From the NCBI RefSeq assembly GCF_006345805.1, contig NC_042998.1, positions 125,488,001 to 125,552,000 on the forward strand: a DNA stretch of 64,000 nucleotides, written 5' to 3'. The position numbers and the translations under genes were made by a program. The notes under the pieces are model-generated. The model was not told where the DNA came from and searched no databases. It saw only the letters and a program-made list of their open reading frames with translations. The DNA is from Octopus sinensis (Eukaryota). Of this stretch, positions 1 through 13,419 are shown piece after piece; positions within the stretch are counted from its first letter, which is position 1; each line of letters opens with the position of its first letter.

Positions 1-46
1 AAACAACTTCAAGTGAGTCAGGGGCATTACTTATTGAACGCTCCTC
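1..46 (-). mobile_element. Terminal inverted repeat of a second copy of the same mariner family (rest lies upstream of window)
   Basis: ACAACTTCAAGTGAGTCAGGGGCATTACTTATTGAACGCTCCTCATA closely matches 6576-6621, including the terminal TA. Confidence 0.85.
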
Positions 47-126
47 ATAGTTTTTGAGATGGAGGGAGTGAGGGAAGTTGGAGGGATGGATAGGTGGGTA
101 AATATACATACATATATATATACACA

Positions 127-440
127 CAGTATCTCACAGAAGTATGTACACCCCTAAAAAATTTCAGTAAAATTGCCATTAATCTGATAATATTGAAGGA
201 AATAAAATGAAATTTACACTGAATTTATACCAAATACTGGATATAGCAAATAACCCTATAGGGTGTACATATTTTTGTATCATTTGAAAAGTAATATTTC
301 ATTCATATCTTTGAAAATGTTTGTTTTGAATTCCAAATTTGTATAATGTTTGCATGTATAATATATTTTATTCAGTATAAATTTTGTTAGATTTCCTTCA
401 ATATTATCAGAGTAATGGCAATTTTACTGAAATTTTTTAG
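127..440. mobile_element. Tc1-type (IR/DR) non-autonomous remnant
   Basis: Begins CAGTATCTCACAGAAGTATGTACACCCCT, with an inverted copy AGGGTGTACATATTTTTG near 262-279. 154-235 is inverted-repeated at ~370-440. The right outer end is missing. Confidence 0.6.
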
Positions 441-490
441 TAAGATACTTTATAAATATATAATGTGTGTGTGTGTGTGTAGGTTCTTAC

Positions 491-645
491 TTTGTTCTTA
501 GGTCCAACTGTAGTGATTAGACGATGGGAAACGATTTGTGAGTCCTCTCCCATAGTATTTGTGTAGTCAGCAAATGTTAACTTTTCCGGGAGCGGCGGTG
601 GTTCGCCATAGAAATCAGAATCATCGCTGGTTGATTCGGGTGTTT
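491..645 (-). CDS. DOCK1: DOCK exon 40: [52 protein letters not shown]
   Basis: 155 nt, cag|...|GTAAGA. PPPLPxK followed by ADY.N resembles the DOCK1 Crk-SH3-binding tail. No stop codon, so the gene continues past this exon. Confidence 0.9.
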
Positions 646-2864
646 CTGATAGAAAACAAATGAGAAGTAATTAATTATTGCAGTAGACAGCTCATGGATT
701 GGGTGAGGACTTACTTGAGGCAGTATTTTACTGCTGGATACCCTTCCTATTACCAAACCTTACTTGCTTTACAAGTAAGGAGTATTTTTTTCTTGTTCTA
801 TTTTTCTTCAAATGTGTTGAGCAACCAGTTGTAATGTCAATAAAGAATGTAAACATCATATCACCATTGCATGCAAGACACTCACAAAGCACTTGTCACC
901 CCATGGTTATCGTAAAAGACACTTGTTCAAGGTGCTGCACAGTGAGATTGAACCTGAAGCCATGTGGTTGCAAAGCAAACAACTAAACCAAACAACCATA
1001 TGTGTGTCTATTATAAACAACATCAATGATAAGTGATTAACTGACTTGTTAATGAAGAGTATTCACCTCAGGGTTCATGCTAGGCAGGCAAGCAAGCAGG
1101 CAAGAAGTTTTTTCAATAACCTTCATATTTATAGGTTACATCTAGAAGATTTTTATTATACAGTGCCACAGACAAGTACTGTAACCAAAACGAGTTTGTT
1201 CCTGGAGATTTGCATCTGTGATTCAGATTCAGTTCAAGCTATTTCACTTACTCTACTTAGTTCCTTGGGTAATCACAACCTCCATTACTCAAAACACTTT
1301 AGTATAAAGGACTAATCATCTGGTGATGGATGTCTCTGCTCATGAAAATTCAAGCAATCAACTATTTATTTTATAATTTCAAGGGATAAATACTGTTTAC
1401 CTATCAGTAAATTTCTAGCATTCCCACTGATCTGCCAGTTCAGATTAGTCTAAGTAGACAGTACTACTGTGTCATATAAAATAATGTGCTCACTGTTTGA
1501 ATATAAGACTGAAGCCTTTTGAATGAAAGCTTCCTTTTCGTCATATAAACTTGTTTTTATTTCTAACTTTCACTTCTAATTTCTCTCTTATAATGAAGAA
1601 CCAAAAAGAAAAGAAATATCTTAAGCAATAACCAAGCCTTGTATTATCTACTCTATTGCTAAATCTACAACAGATTGTATGGTACTTATTGATAGGTAGC
1701 TTCACTAGTGTGAATAGATGCACAAAAAACTCACATTTTCTTATATATCATAGAAGAAAAGGAGCCATGGAAGAGGAGGAGTGGAGATAGAAAAGCTAAA
1801 AAGGTATACATATAGGAAGTCTCACAGAAGCAGAGAATTAAGGAATTAAAAGAAGAAAACAGATGAAAAAAAAAACTCAGGAAAGAAATGGAAGAGAAAA
1901 TAATTCCTCTATTGAAACTTACAGACAAAAATACTATGGATGAAACAATGGCATTTTTGATGATTTTAATAAATACAAAGCACCTGGCAAGGAAGCCAGG
2001 TGCTTTGTATTGTCATAAATTTATACTATAGGCTGTTTTTGATCTGACACAGAATTAAATACCACGTAATGGTATGATTTAAATAAATAATTACCTAACG
2101 TATTTGAGACGTTAGAACAAAGGCTTGAAGCACTGGCGTGAAAAACTGAGAGAGTTTGATCAGAATGGAACTGGCTGCTCGCTGGTCGGCTATTTCTGCG
2201 TTCAGAGTCGGGTCGTAGAGGGCGTTTAGGTGTTAGCTGGAGGAAGGAGTGAGAAGGTGAAGTTAAATACTCTTCAGTATTTTGGAAAAGAAAACAAAAA
2301 CCAAAAACAAAGTTTAACTTCAAAAAGAATGTAAAAAAAAAATTTCAGATTCAAGGAAATATTAAGTGTTTACAAACAAACCTGCTCATTAAGCTCTAAG
2401 CGCTGCTCCACAGAATTACGTTGGCTACTTGATGCACTGTTAGTGGCATCAGGTAGTTGAGATGTGCGCCTGTTTTTGCTTTTTAATGGGAAACCATTTG
2501 CACATTCTGCTACGACACCGGCTACTGAAGCGCAGGAAATCGAACGCGACCGGAGAGCAGTGTTACTTTTGGTAGTTGGAGAAGGTATGTGGTTTAAAGT
2601 ATGTGAACCTGTCCTGGAAAAATGAATAGAAAAAAAGAACATATGAGTTCATTCATATATATATATTTAATTTATATATATATATATATTTAATTTAAAT
2701 AAATTTATATAAAATTTTTTATGCATTGGATTAAGTCTTTCTTTGTTTGATTTGCATAATAGTGGTTTTGTCTCTAATTAATATTATATTATATTTTACT
2801 ATAAAATTGGATTCAATCCTAAATCTGATTTTCCCCTGTAAATTTGGATTTATTCCCTAATATT

Positions 2865-2912
<48 letters not shown>

Positions 2913-5900
2913 CCCCTCTTCTACAATTCACTAGTCCATGATGGAAAATACTACTCCAGCACTGTTCTGACCTTGTCAGCAGAATTTATATTTTTTCCAT
3001 CCTAATGATTTTGAAGATTGCAGAATAATTGATAAACAGATGGGGCAATGTCTGGTGAATGTGGTGGGTGGGGTATCGTTTCCCATTCAAACTGCTTCAG
3101 TATTTGGAATGTCATTCTCGTATTTTGCTGAGCATTATCCTGATGGAAAAACACCTTTTGTCTTGAAAACCAAAGATGGTCATTTTCCTTCTAGCACTGA
3201 CTTGAATGTCTGGTTGAATGACCAAATCCAAGCTTCTCCACTAGTTCCTCAACAGTTGTGATGGGATTTTGTTCCATGAAGATTTTCAGGATGTTCTTGT
3301 CGAGCTCTACAGATCTTCCAGGACAAGGCTCATCTAGGATGTAGTTTCCAGCTCAGAATTTCTGGAACCACATTTGACTTATGCTTTTAGTCAATCCCCA
3401 TATACTGCAAATATGCTCCTTTGTCACTTCCTTTATAACTTTGAAAAAATAACTGTTAAAATCGAACTACACTCTTCAAAACTTGCACTAAGAATAAGGA
3501 CAAGGTAAAATTACTACCTGCTTTTATAGCAAGTTGATGCAGGTAGTTTATTCTGTCCCCTTCCAACTTTAGTTCATGCAATTGAAAAAAGCCACATTTA
3601 TGGGATGACTCAATACATAGTCTTGCAATGTCTATGTTATCAATATATACTTTGATACATATAAAATTTTATTTCTAATACAGTCTCTAAATGAATCATT
3701 TCCTTGAATAACTTGCTTTGAGTTAAACAAAAAAAAAAAAAAAAAAAAAAACATGGTTCCAACATATTTGGCAAATTGGGCAACACTACACATTGAGTGA
3801 GTTGCTCATTACTATAGCATTTTTTAATCATGAAATTTCACTGAGATATAGATTGAAGATAACAGGAAAGTATTAATGAGCAATAAAAAATGAATATATT
3901 ATGTTCCCTTCTTCACTCCCAATTAATCATTTGTTCACTGCTTCTTATTTACATACAAAAATAGTTACATAATAATACAGTGCTCTAAAGTCATTTATGT
4001 TTAGCAAAAATAGAAAAGACTTTACATATTTATTATCTGGCAATACTAGGTAACTGTGTGTGTGTATATGTGTGAAAGATTAACAATCAAAAATATAAGT
4101 AGGAAGATCTCGAATCTATACTTCAGATCTTTGAAAAGGGCAGCCCCTTTCTATATTGACATCCTAGAAGTAAACATTCAAAGATAAAATTAGGTACATC
4201 CTCAAATTGGTCTTCTACAAAAAAAGAGTGAGCATCACTAAATTTGGTTTGCAAGTCACTGCTAACTGAATGTAAGCATAACAAAAAGGTACTCACATTT
4301 AATAGATAAGCATTTTCATTAGCCATATCATATATATATATATATATATAGGAAACTATTCAATAAACAAAATTTTAGTTGTACACAAGTGTGGAGATTA
4401 TAGCACACAGGCCTATCACACACATATTGATACGATTTGCTCATGTAGAAAAATCAGTGCATGCTGGATGAATGAATTGTGTGACACAGAAGCCACCATA
4501 CCACTTCTTTCAAAAATAACTAACTGATATTCTGGCAAAATGAAGAATTTCTAAAATGGTATTAATTAAAAAAGAACAAGGAAATTAATTAAAAAAAGTG
4601 TTATTGTAAACAAAGCTTGTTATGTTTACTTACTCAGCTATAGCTGCTATTGAACTACTACTGTATCTTGGAGAAGAGGACATTGATAAGGAAGATTGAT
4701 TTCTTCTCATGGCATTGGTGATATCTTTCTCTGCAATCTATCAAATTAAATTAGAAATGCAAATTTATTAGTCAGATAACTGTTCCCAAGAAATCAGGAG
4801 CTCAAAGTTTTGAGTTCATTGTGAATTCTTTAAAGTTTCTTAGGAGCTAGCAAAAATACAAACACTTTCTGTCACTTTCTCTCCAATGAGCATTTTAAAA
4901 GAGGAATACAAAGGTAGTTGGTTACTGATCTGCCTACACAACCAGTATTGATGCCAAAATCTTTGCACCAGCTATGAGGATGTATTGCTCATACAACCAG
5001 TTTACATATATAATTGAAAATACAAAGTGAATATGGTGGGACGGAAGTAAAACTATATACATATACCAAGCACTCCAATGCCTCCATCAGGAACTCACTC
5101 TCTCATCTCACTGAACAACAGATTTCCACATTTCATATACAGCCTCATATACACTGTAGTTAGTCTAGTTGACCACACTAATTTTATTTTATGATAACTA
5201 TTCATAGCTGCAAATATATCTTGTTGCTGATCCATCCAAATCAATTGAATGAACATAATTTTCAGTGATTTCATAGTTGTCTGACAAAGTTTATTTTGCT
5301 GTACCTGTAAATAACATAAGATGTACGAGGGGCGTTCAATAAGTAATGCCCCTGACCCACTTCCCATAGCAGTAGAGCAACGAAACTTGGCACAGTTATT
5401 AGTCTTTTCCTACATAGGAACTACCCAGAGTTATGCATTTCTCCCATCGTTTGATGCAGCTCTGGAGACCGTTTTTGTAGAAGACCCCAGCTTGGTCTTC
5501 CAACCATGACGTGACTTCAGAAATCAAGGCTGCATCATCTGGGAAACGCTTTCCTTTCAAAAACAACTTCATGGCTAGGAAGAGGTGAAAATCAGAGGGT
5601 GCAAGGTCAGGAGAGTAGGGGGATGGGGTAGGAGTTCATAGCCGCATGCCTGTGCTTCTGATCTGGCGACACGCGAGTTGTAGACCGGAGCGTTGTCCTG
5701 CAGGAGGAGGATGCCTTTGCTGATCTTGCTCCGCCTCTTGATTTTGATAGCTTCTCTTAATTTCCTCAAAAGTGAAGCATAATAGGCTCCTGTAATTATG
5801 GTACCCTTTGCCAGGAAATCTGTCATCACTACTCTGTCCTGGTCCCAGAAGACTGTGAGCATGATCTTGCCAGCGGAGGGCTGCACCCTTGCCTTCTTTG

Positions 5901-8900
5901 GAGGAGGTGAGTCACGGAGCTTCCACTGCATTGACTGGGCTTTGGTCTCTGGATCATAGTGATGAACCCAGGTTTCATCCTGTGTAATCAGTCTTTTGAA
6001 AAATTTTGACTCATCTTCTTGGCACATCTCCAAATTCATCCTCGAGCACTCAACGCGTTCTTGCTTCTGGAAAGGTGTGAGCAACCTGGGAATCCATCTG
6101 GCAGACACCTTTTGCATATGCAAATGGTCATGAATGATAGTTTCCACAGACCCGGTACTAAACTTGACCTCATGGGCTATTTGGCGAATAGTTATGCATC
6201 GATCTTCCAAAATGGCAGCCTCAACTTGACGGACAGATGCCTCATCAATGGCAGAAGGGGGGGGCGACCAGATCTGGGAGCTGTTTCCACAGAGTTCCAA
6301 CTATGTTTGAATTCACGATGCCAGCGTTTTACAAGGTCATATGATGGGGCATCATCACCATAAGTTACTTTCATTTCATCAAAAGTCTCCCGTGGTGTGC
6401 GTCCTTTCAAATACAAAAACCGGATCACTGATCGACACTCAACAGGCTCCATTTCACACTTGACTCAGTTCAAACACCTGTATATCAGAAACCACAATTA
6501 GTTCAGAGCTGTAATTTGCCACTTAATCTATAGAGATATAAATAATTGCACATGTAAATTTTCAGCTAGATCAAACAACTGCAAGTGGGTCAGAGGCATT
6601 ACTTATTGAATGCCCCTCATATTATCTCAAGGATATCACAAGGATTTTTAATATCTTCCACTCATATTAGACAAGAGGCTCAAGCTTATTCTAAAATGAT
6701 TAACACATAAAGCTAGTCATACCTCATGAATACACAAATCAAACTTTCACACTGTAAATCATAAATCAAACAATCAGTTAACCCCTGGTCGAGATTCTCC
6801 AGTGACTAATTAGCTAAATCTGTTGCAGCAACTTAGTGTTTCCTTTTCAACCACAAGTAACTGCTTTTCAGAATCTGTTGAGTTTGTCACACTTTCACCC
6901 AAGTACTTGCTTTTCTTCCTTTACCATGTTTAACTTCTCAGTAACATTTTATAACTCTTAATTAGGCAGTCAAGTAAATGAGGGAGCTTCCATGTGGTTG
7001 CTTGATCTTCTACAAATAGTAACCAAATCTCCCTCATAAAAGATCAAGCCAACTTTGAAATGGAGTGATCTACTGGATTATGTAGTCCTAGATACGTAAT
7101 CCACATGGAAAGAAACTGGGTGGCCATAGCTGGTAAGCATTTGATCACAGCTCAAACAGAGCCAACCTAAGATAACAATTCTTAACTTGCTTAGATTAAC
7201 CTACAAGACTCCAAACTGAATACTGACTGCATTAACTTAACCCAGTTATACTTGTCTCTATCTTGATCTGGAAAAGCATGACCACCACCACAAAATAACC
7301 TATAAAACAAGCTGACAATAAAGCATGAATAGACAGAAATGTCTGTAGCAAATTTTAAAGACCAAAGCATTGACCAATTGGAAATGAATGCATTTAAATT
7401 TTCCTTACCCGCAAACCACATTCCTGTTCAATGCAATCACACAGTTCAGCAAACCGATGCTCCATATGAGCATGTAAAGGTTTTATTCTTTCAGGAGAAA
7501 GTCGTTTGTGTACCTGAAGGGCATCTCTCAACAAAGCACCCTAAGGAAAAGCAGAAAATACAAAACTTACATCATTATAAACATTTAAAATATAATTTTT
7601 TTTAGCTACCTTGAGCAACTTACCGTCTCTCACTGACACAGGCATTTCGTGGTTGAATACTTGCAGCTGTTTTCTTTGCATTACAGTACAACCCTACCTT
7701 CCCTGATTCCTGTTCTAATCTGCTCAGCACCTCCTGTACCTGATCTGTCCCCTCTGTTAGTAATGCTAGGTCATCAGCATAGTTTAGGTCAGTTACTGTT
7801 ACTGCTTGATGCCGTCTACTTCTTTGCTTGTGCAGTTTGAATCCCAGTTCTTCTTCCTTGCCCTCATATGTTCTATGCATTACATAGTCTAGAACAATGG
7901 TGAAGAGATAAGGTGCTAGTGTGTCATCTTGTAATACTCCAGTAAGTCGCTCAAGGTAGCTGAAAATTTCAAATACTTTGGTGCATGAACACAAATTACT
8001 GAAAAAGACATTATAGCAAGGAAAGCTTTTGCTTGGGGTACATGCCAAAAATTGAGAAAGGTATGGAGTTCAAAGTTAGCAAGGAAATTGAAAGTGAGAT
8101 TGTTTCTGGTAACAGTAGAGTCTGTTCTATACAGGGCTGAAACATGAATGCTCACTAAAGCATTGAAGAAGCAGTTGGACAGTTGTTATATGAGGATGCT
8201 TAGAATGGCATTCAGTGTCTCCTGGAAGAGTCATACAACAAACGCTGACTTATACCAGATACTACCAAAAGCAACATTGAAGATACAGCATAGAAGGATG
8301 AGGCTATCTGGACACTGCATCAAACATACCAATGAAATTGCTAACAAGCTAGTGCTCTGGTAACAATGGAAGGAAGATGACCTGTATCAACAACTTGCTG
8401 GTGGATACTGGTATGGTAAGGGTACAGGAGCCAAGGACCATTATAGAAGACAACCATGATTTAATTTAGCTTGACATATCTTCATCATCATGACATATCA
8501 TGACATATCTTCTTAAGCACAAATAAATAATGCACAAGAGCAGTTAAGAAGTACTATTGTTATGATGAACTTTACTAATTACACTCTCATAAGTTCAAAT
8601 CTTACAATTATAACCAAGTATCTTGTATTCCTTCATAAGCTATATAACTTTGCTTGTTTGACAAAGAAGTTTTCTCTCCTACATAACTGCTGAAAGATTA
8701 CAGCTGGAAAGGATGTTCAACAGCTTAGTCAGAGGAAGAAAGGTGAAAGTTATCCTCAGGCAGGAGACCTGCCAGTATCCATGAAAGGAAAATGACTTTG
8801 CTTAAGACCAGGTGATGTTAAACTGACAGATTAAATCTATCACTCAAAAACCAATGATCGTTAAAGTAGATTGTGGAGAGAAGGAATAGCTATTAACCAG

Positions 8901-11900
8901 CAGAGTAGATTATAAGTAGGTAAAGAAACCAGTGGTTAGTAGAATGAATTGAGGACAAGTGGTGTGTATAGTGTGACCAAAAGATCAAGTAAAACTTACA
9001 TTTCTATTTATCTACAAAAAACGTAAAATAGTTACAAAAAAGAAAGAAAGAAAGAAAAAAAATATGAGAAATTACCTGCTCCAAAGTTAAACTCTTCAGC
9101 CTGGAAATCATATCAACAGTATTTTTGTCATTTTCATGGTTCATTAGGAATTCAGTGGAATAAAACTCCTAGAGAGTGAATAAAAATACAATAAAAGGAA
9201 CTCAGAAACTGTATTGCTTTTAATTTAACAAAACAAAAAAAAAATCATGAAAATGAAGAATTCTTTGAAAATTTAGAATGAAATAGTAACCATTTCGAAG
9301 TCAACCAATCTGAGACAACTTCTATTTCTACAAAATCACCCATTTTAAAGTCTTATTATTTAAATTAAAACTTCCCATCACAATTTTATGAAATAATCTT
9401 TTGTATTGTTTTAGATACAAACTTAATAGAGAAAAATGTTAGCTGCTAGTCTATTTAAATTTTTGATAAATTTCAAAATGGATTCTATGATCAGTTTTAA
9501 TTTTTTTTAATACTATATTTGCTTATTTTGTTTTACTATCTATTTGCTTGTCTAAGCTTGGGTAGAACTACTCGTACATTTTCAGGGTCTCCTAGCAATA
9601 TAAAATGTTATCAAACAACAGTGCAGTAAAGACAAAAAATGTTTATGTAACTATTTTTTTGCAAGAAATATGGAAAAGATTTCAGAAAGCATATTTACTT
9701 TGTAGTTGAGAATACCCTTGTTAACTGCAGGATCAACAACTCCACTCAATAACATAGTAAGCTGGTCAACCCTCAAACTAGGATCTTTGTTATGCTGGCC
9801 TATTAGTCCTTGAAGTTTCTTATTTGTTGTTTCTAGCGTTTCAATAGCGGTTTCAAGTGGACTAACTTCAACCTGAACAGAAAATAAAACAAAATTATTA
9901 TGTATCACAGAAAGATGGTTTAAAAACTGATAAAAATCTAAGGAAAATTTCAAACTTACCACTTCAGTAGAGACAACAGGAAACCAGCGAAGAATCCCTG
10001 GAAGTGGATGGGATATAACTAAAATTGTGCGTTCCAACCACATGTCCTATAAAGTAGAACAGATTGAGTCAATAAGAATTAGAAACCTGGCTCAAAATCT
10101 TTGCAGTACAAATCACATATAAACATTTTTTAAATGCATTTCTTAATATTAATGAAACACAATTAGCAAATTAAACAACGAATAAGATAACTAAATGTAG
10201 AGCATGCTAAATGTTAACCTGCATTATTGTGACAAAAGTCACTTGATTTTATAAACTATATAGAATGATATTAAAACTATCTTAAGCTATACAATAAATC
10301 AATAAAAAAAAAAACTACTGTAAGAAATAAAGGTGTTAATTTTTCTAAAGATTATATTTTTTATGCATATTTATGTTATGAAATATTTTAAAACACTAAT
10401 TGAAAGTTTACCTTCACGTCTTTGACATTGTCATCCATTCGTCGAGAATAGGTAAACTTTTGGACTTCATTGACCATATAGTAGCTGATAATGAGAAAAG
10501 TTAAAAATCAAGTCAGTACTCTGAAAATCATCATCATTTAACGTCCACTTTCCATGCTGGCACATGGGTTTGACAGTTTGACTGGAACTAGTAAGACTGA
10601 GATCTGCACTAGGTTTCAGTCTGATTTGGCCGATGGTTTATATGGCTGGATGCCCTTCCTAACGCCAACCACTCCAAAAGTGTAATGGGTGCTTTTTACG
10701 TGCCACTAGCATGGATGCTATCTAAATGAACTTGCAACAGTCACAACTATGATCTCATGAGTGCCATTTACATGATACTGGCAATGGCCATGACTATGAT
10801 TTCACTTGGCTTAACAAGTTTTCTCAAGCACAACATATCGCCAAGGTTTCGGTCACTTGTCATGGCATGAAGATCAATATAAACCAGTAAGATGAAATAA
10901 CAAAATACTAAGATCAGAACTTACCTTAATATTGATTCACTCACTGTCTTGTTCTTGAATTGACTCTTCAGATCTAAACATGGTGTAACTGCATTAATCT
11001 GCAGGTCTGTCTCTTAGTTAAAGAAACATAAAATGGCAACATTGCAAATTTTAAGCATTATTAGATGTAATGTAGGAACTCACCAAGACTAGATTTCTTT
11101 TTTAATTGATTAACATTCTATATAAACACAAAAGCTGTATATTAAACAAATGGAAATATCATAAAAATTACCAGCAATAATATTTTCATTTTCTGTATTT
11201 GAAGTAAAATAAATGAAACCTTCAAAAGGAAAGGATACACTGTTTGGGAGATAATTTAATATCATCTCCTGGAGTGGATAAAGTGGTCAGTTTCTGTAAA
11301 GAGAAAAGTGGGTAGGATAAATATTTTGTTTTCTACAAGTGCTTATTAACCAGCCTCTAAATTCTGTAACATGAAACATTGACTCAAAGAAACAAAACTA
11401 GACATACAAAATATGGACAACAAAGGCAACAAGAATACTGTCCATTTTACAAAATAGCTTGATTCCAATAAATCTATATTCATCAAATTTACTGCAGTAA
11501 TTTATTTCTCAAAATATTTCTTGAAGAAATGATCTCAATATTTACACAGAAATACTGCTGCTAATGATAACTGGCATTCAAGAAATAATTGTTGGTAAGA
11601 TAATTTTTGAATGTATTGAATATTTCAAAAGAAACAATTAAAAATTCTAAGATTACTAGAAAACTGAAACCTGAAGGCCACTATATACTATATAATCTGT
11701 TCACAACTTACTTCGGCATATGGAAACATTGTTAGCAAACGAGCACTGAAGTCTGTAAGCCTTTCATATTCTTTCCCTCGGTAAATGTATACTTGGTTCT
11801 AAATAGATGAAAGAGATTATTTTAATTAAACATAACAGTTAAGAAAAGTTTGGGTAACAGAAAATTTTTTTAATACAATTGATTTATAAAGACTGACTGA

Positions 11901-13387
11901 GCTAATAAGAAGGTTGATAATCTGATTGTTTTATCTGACCTATGATAGTTAAGTAGCCAAACAAGCACATGTAGGATGTCTGGCATAATTGGTGGAGTAG
12001 TATTTGATCTGTGTTTTAGTTGTACGATCCCAACTGCAGCATAGGGAAGTTGACAACAAAATTTTCGCTTAAAATATACAGTCCTCAACTTAAAGATAAA
12101 GGAAAGTTTGTTGAACATGAAGCAATACAAATATTCATCCTAGCAACTGTGATGTCCTCAAAGAATCTGCTTCACCTCTTTTGGTAACTAGTTCCATACA
12201 CTTCTATGCACAATCTTCTTTACCATTCTCCACTGGTAACATTAGGAGCTCCCAAGGAGTTCCAACAATCTTTTAATGTAAAACAAAGATGATGCACAAA
12301 TGTTACTTTTATAAAGTAAGAATCACACTCTCTAATTCTCTTGAACATATAACTTAAAAGATCTCTCTAAGAGTCACCAATTACAGTTATCTTTAATGAA
12401 ATCTATAAAAGACCAATACAAAGAAACTTAAATTTCTCTTAGATGTTTAAGATATAACAGTTTGAAATGCATGATATTCTAAGTATTATCATCAGAGCAT
12501 TCTTAATCTGTAGTTGAAATATTTGCAGTACATCCAGAAATCATTTACAATTCAATGGTTACTCTTTTGTTTTAAGTGGCAAAAACCCAGAAATAGACTA
12601 AATTTAAGAATAAAAGGTGTTTAATAATAAGTTTCAAATTTAATATAACTTTACAAACCTGAAGAAAAGATGGAAAACCTCTGCCATAATAAGCAACACG
12701 AAAATATTCTGAGGCATATCTCAATGTTTTCATGATCTGAACATATAGATCAGCTTGCCTTTTCTATAAATGAGACAAAATATTGGCAACATTGTAATGA
12801 GAATGCTAAACATTTCAGTCAACCATGTATAGAGATGATGACAGCAATACCAACAAATGCATCATTTGGATATATAAGTTGCCTATAGTAAAGTGATACA
12901 TACCAGTAATTCACTCAGGCGTTCATAATCGAAGAGTTCATTTTCATAGAGATTTGCTAGTTCTTTGCACAGTTCAATTCCCTTTTCCCACATCTGGAAA
13001 AAGAATGGCTTCAATGAAGAAATGATCTCAATATCTATACAGAAATACTGCTGCTAATGACAATGATAACAGACATTCAACATGAAGAATGGTATTTCTT
13101 GTAAAGGATGAGAAAAGGAACATTGTTTTATACAAATCTATCTAAAAAATATTTGCAATAATTTTACGGATATTACATCTGTCAAACTATATTTTCTTCA
13201 TCTCAATTTATATGTGACATAGACAATTGATGATTTTTAATCATGTTTGAGAAGAATAAAATAGCAGTTGTGACATTTATAAATTATCTAAAGGATATTA
13301 TTGATGGAAAATAAAAACAAAAACTTGCTAAACAAAGAATCAAAACAATATTTAGGGACTTGGTTCTTTATCTGTAATATTTACTAC

Positions 13388-13419
<32 letters not shown>

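Noticed and set aside
4123-4326. 67-aa minus-strand ORF with an acceptor at 4265 as a possible extra DOCK exon
   Set aside because: In the required phase it starts with TAG, it has no strong donor, and exons 37 and 38 already join in frame
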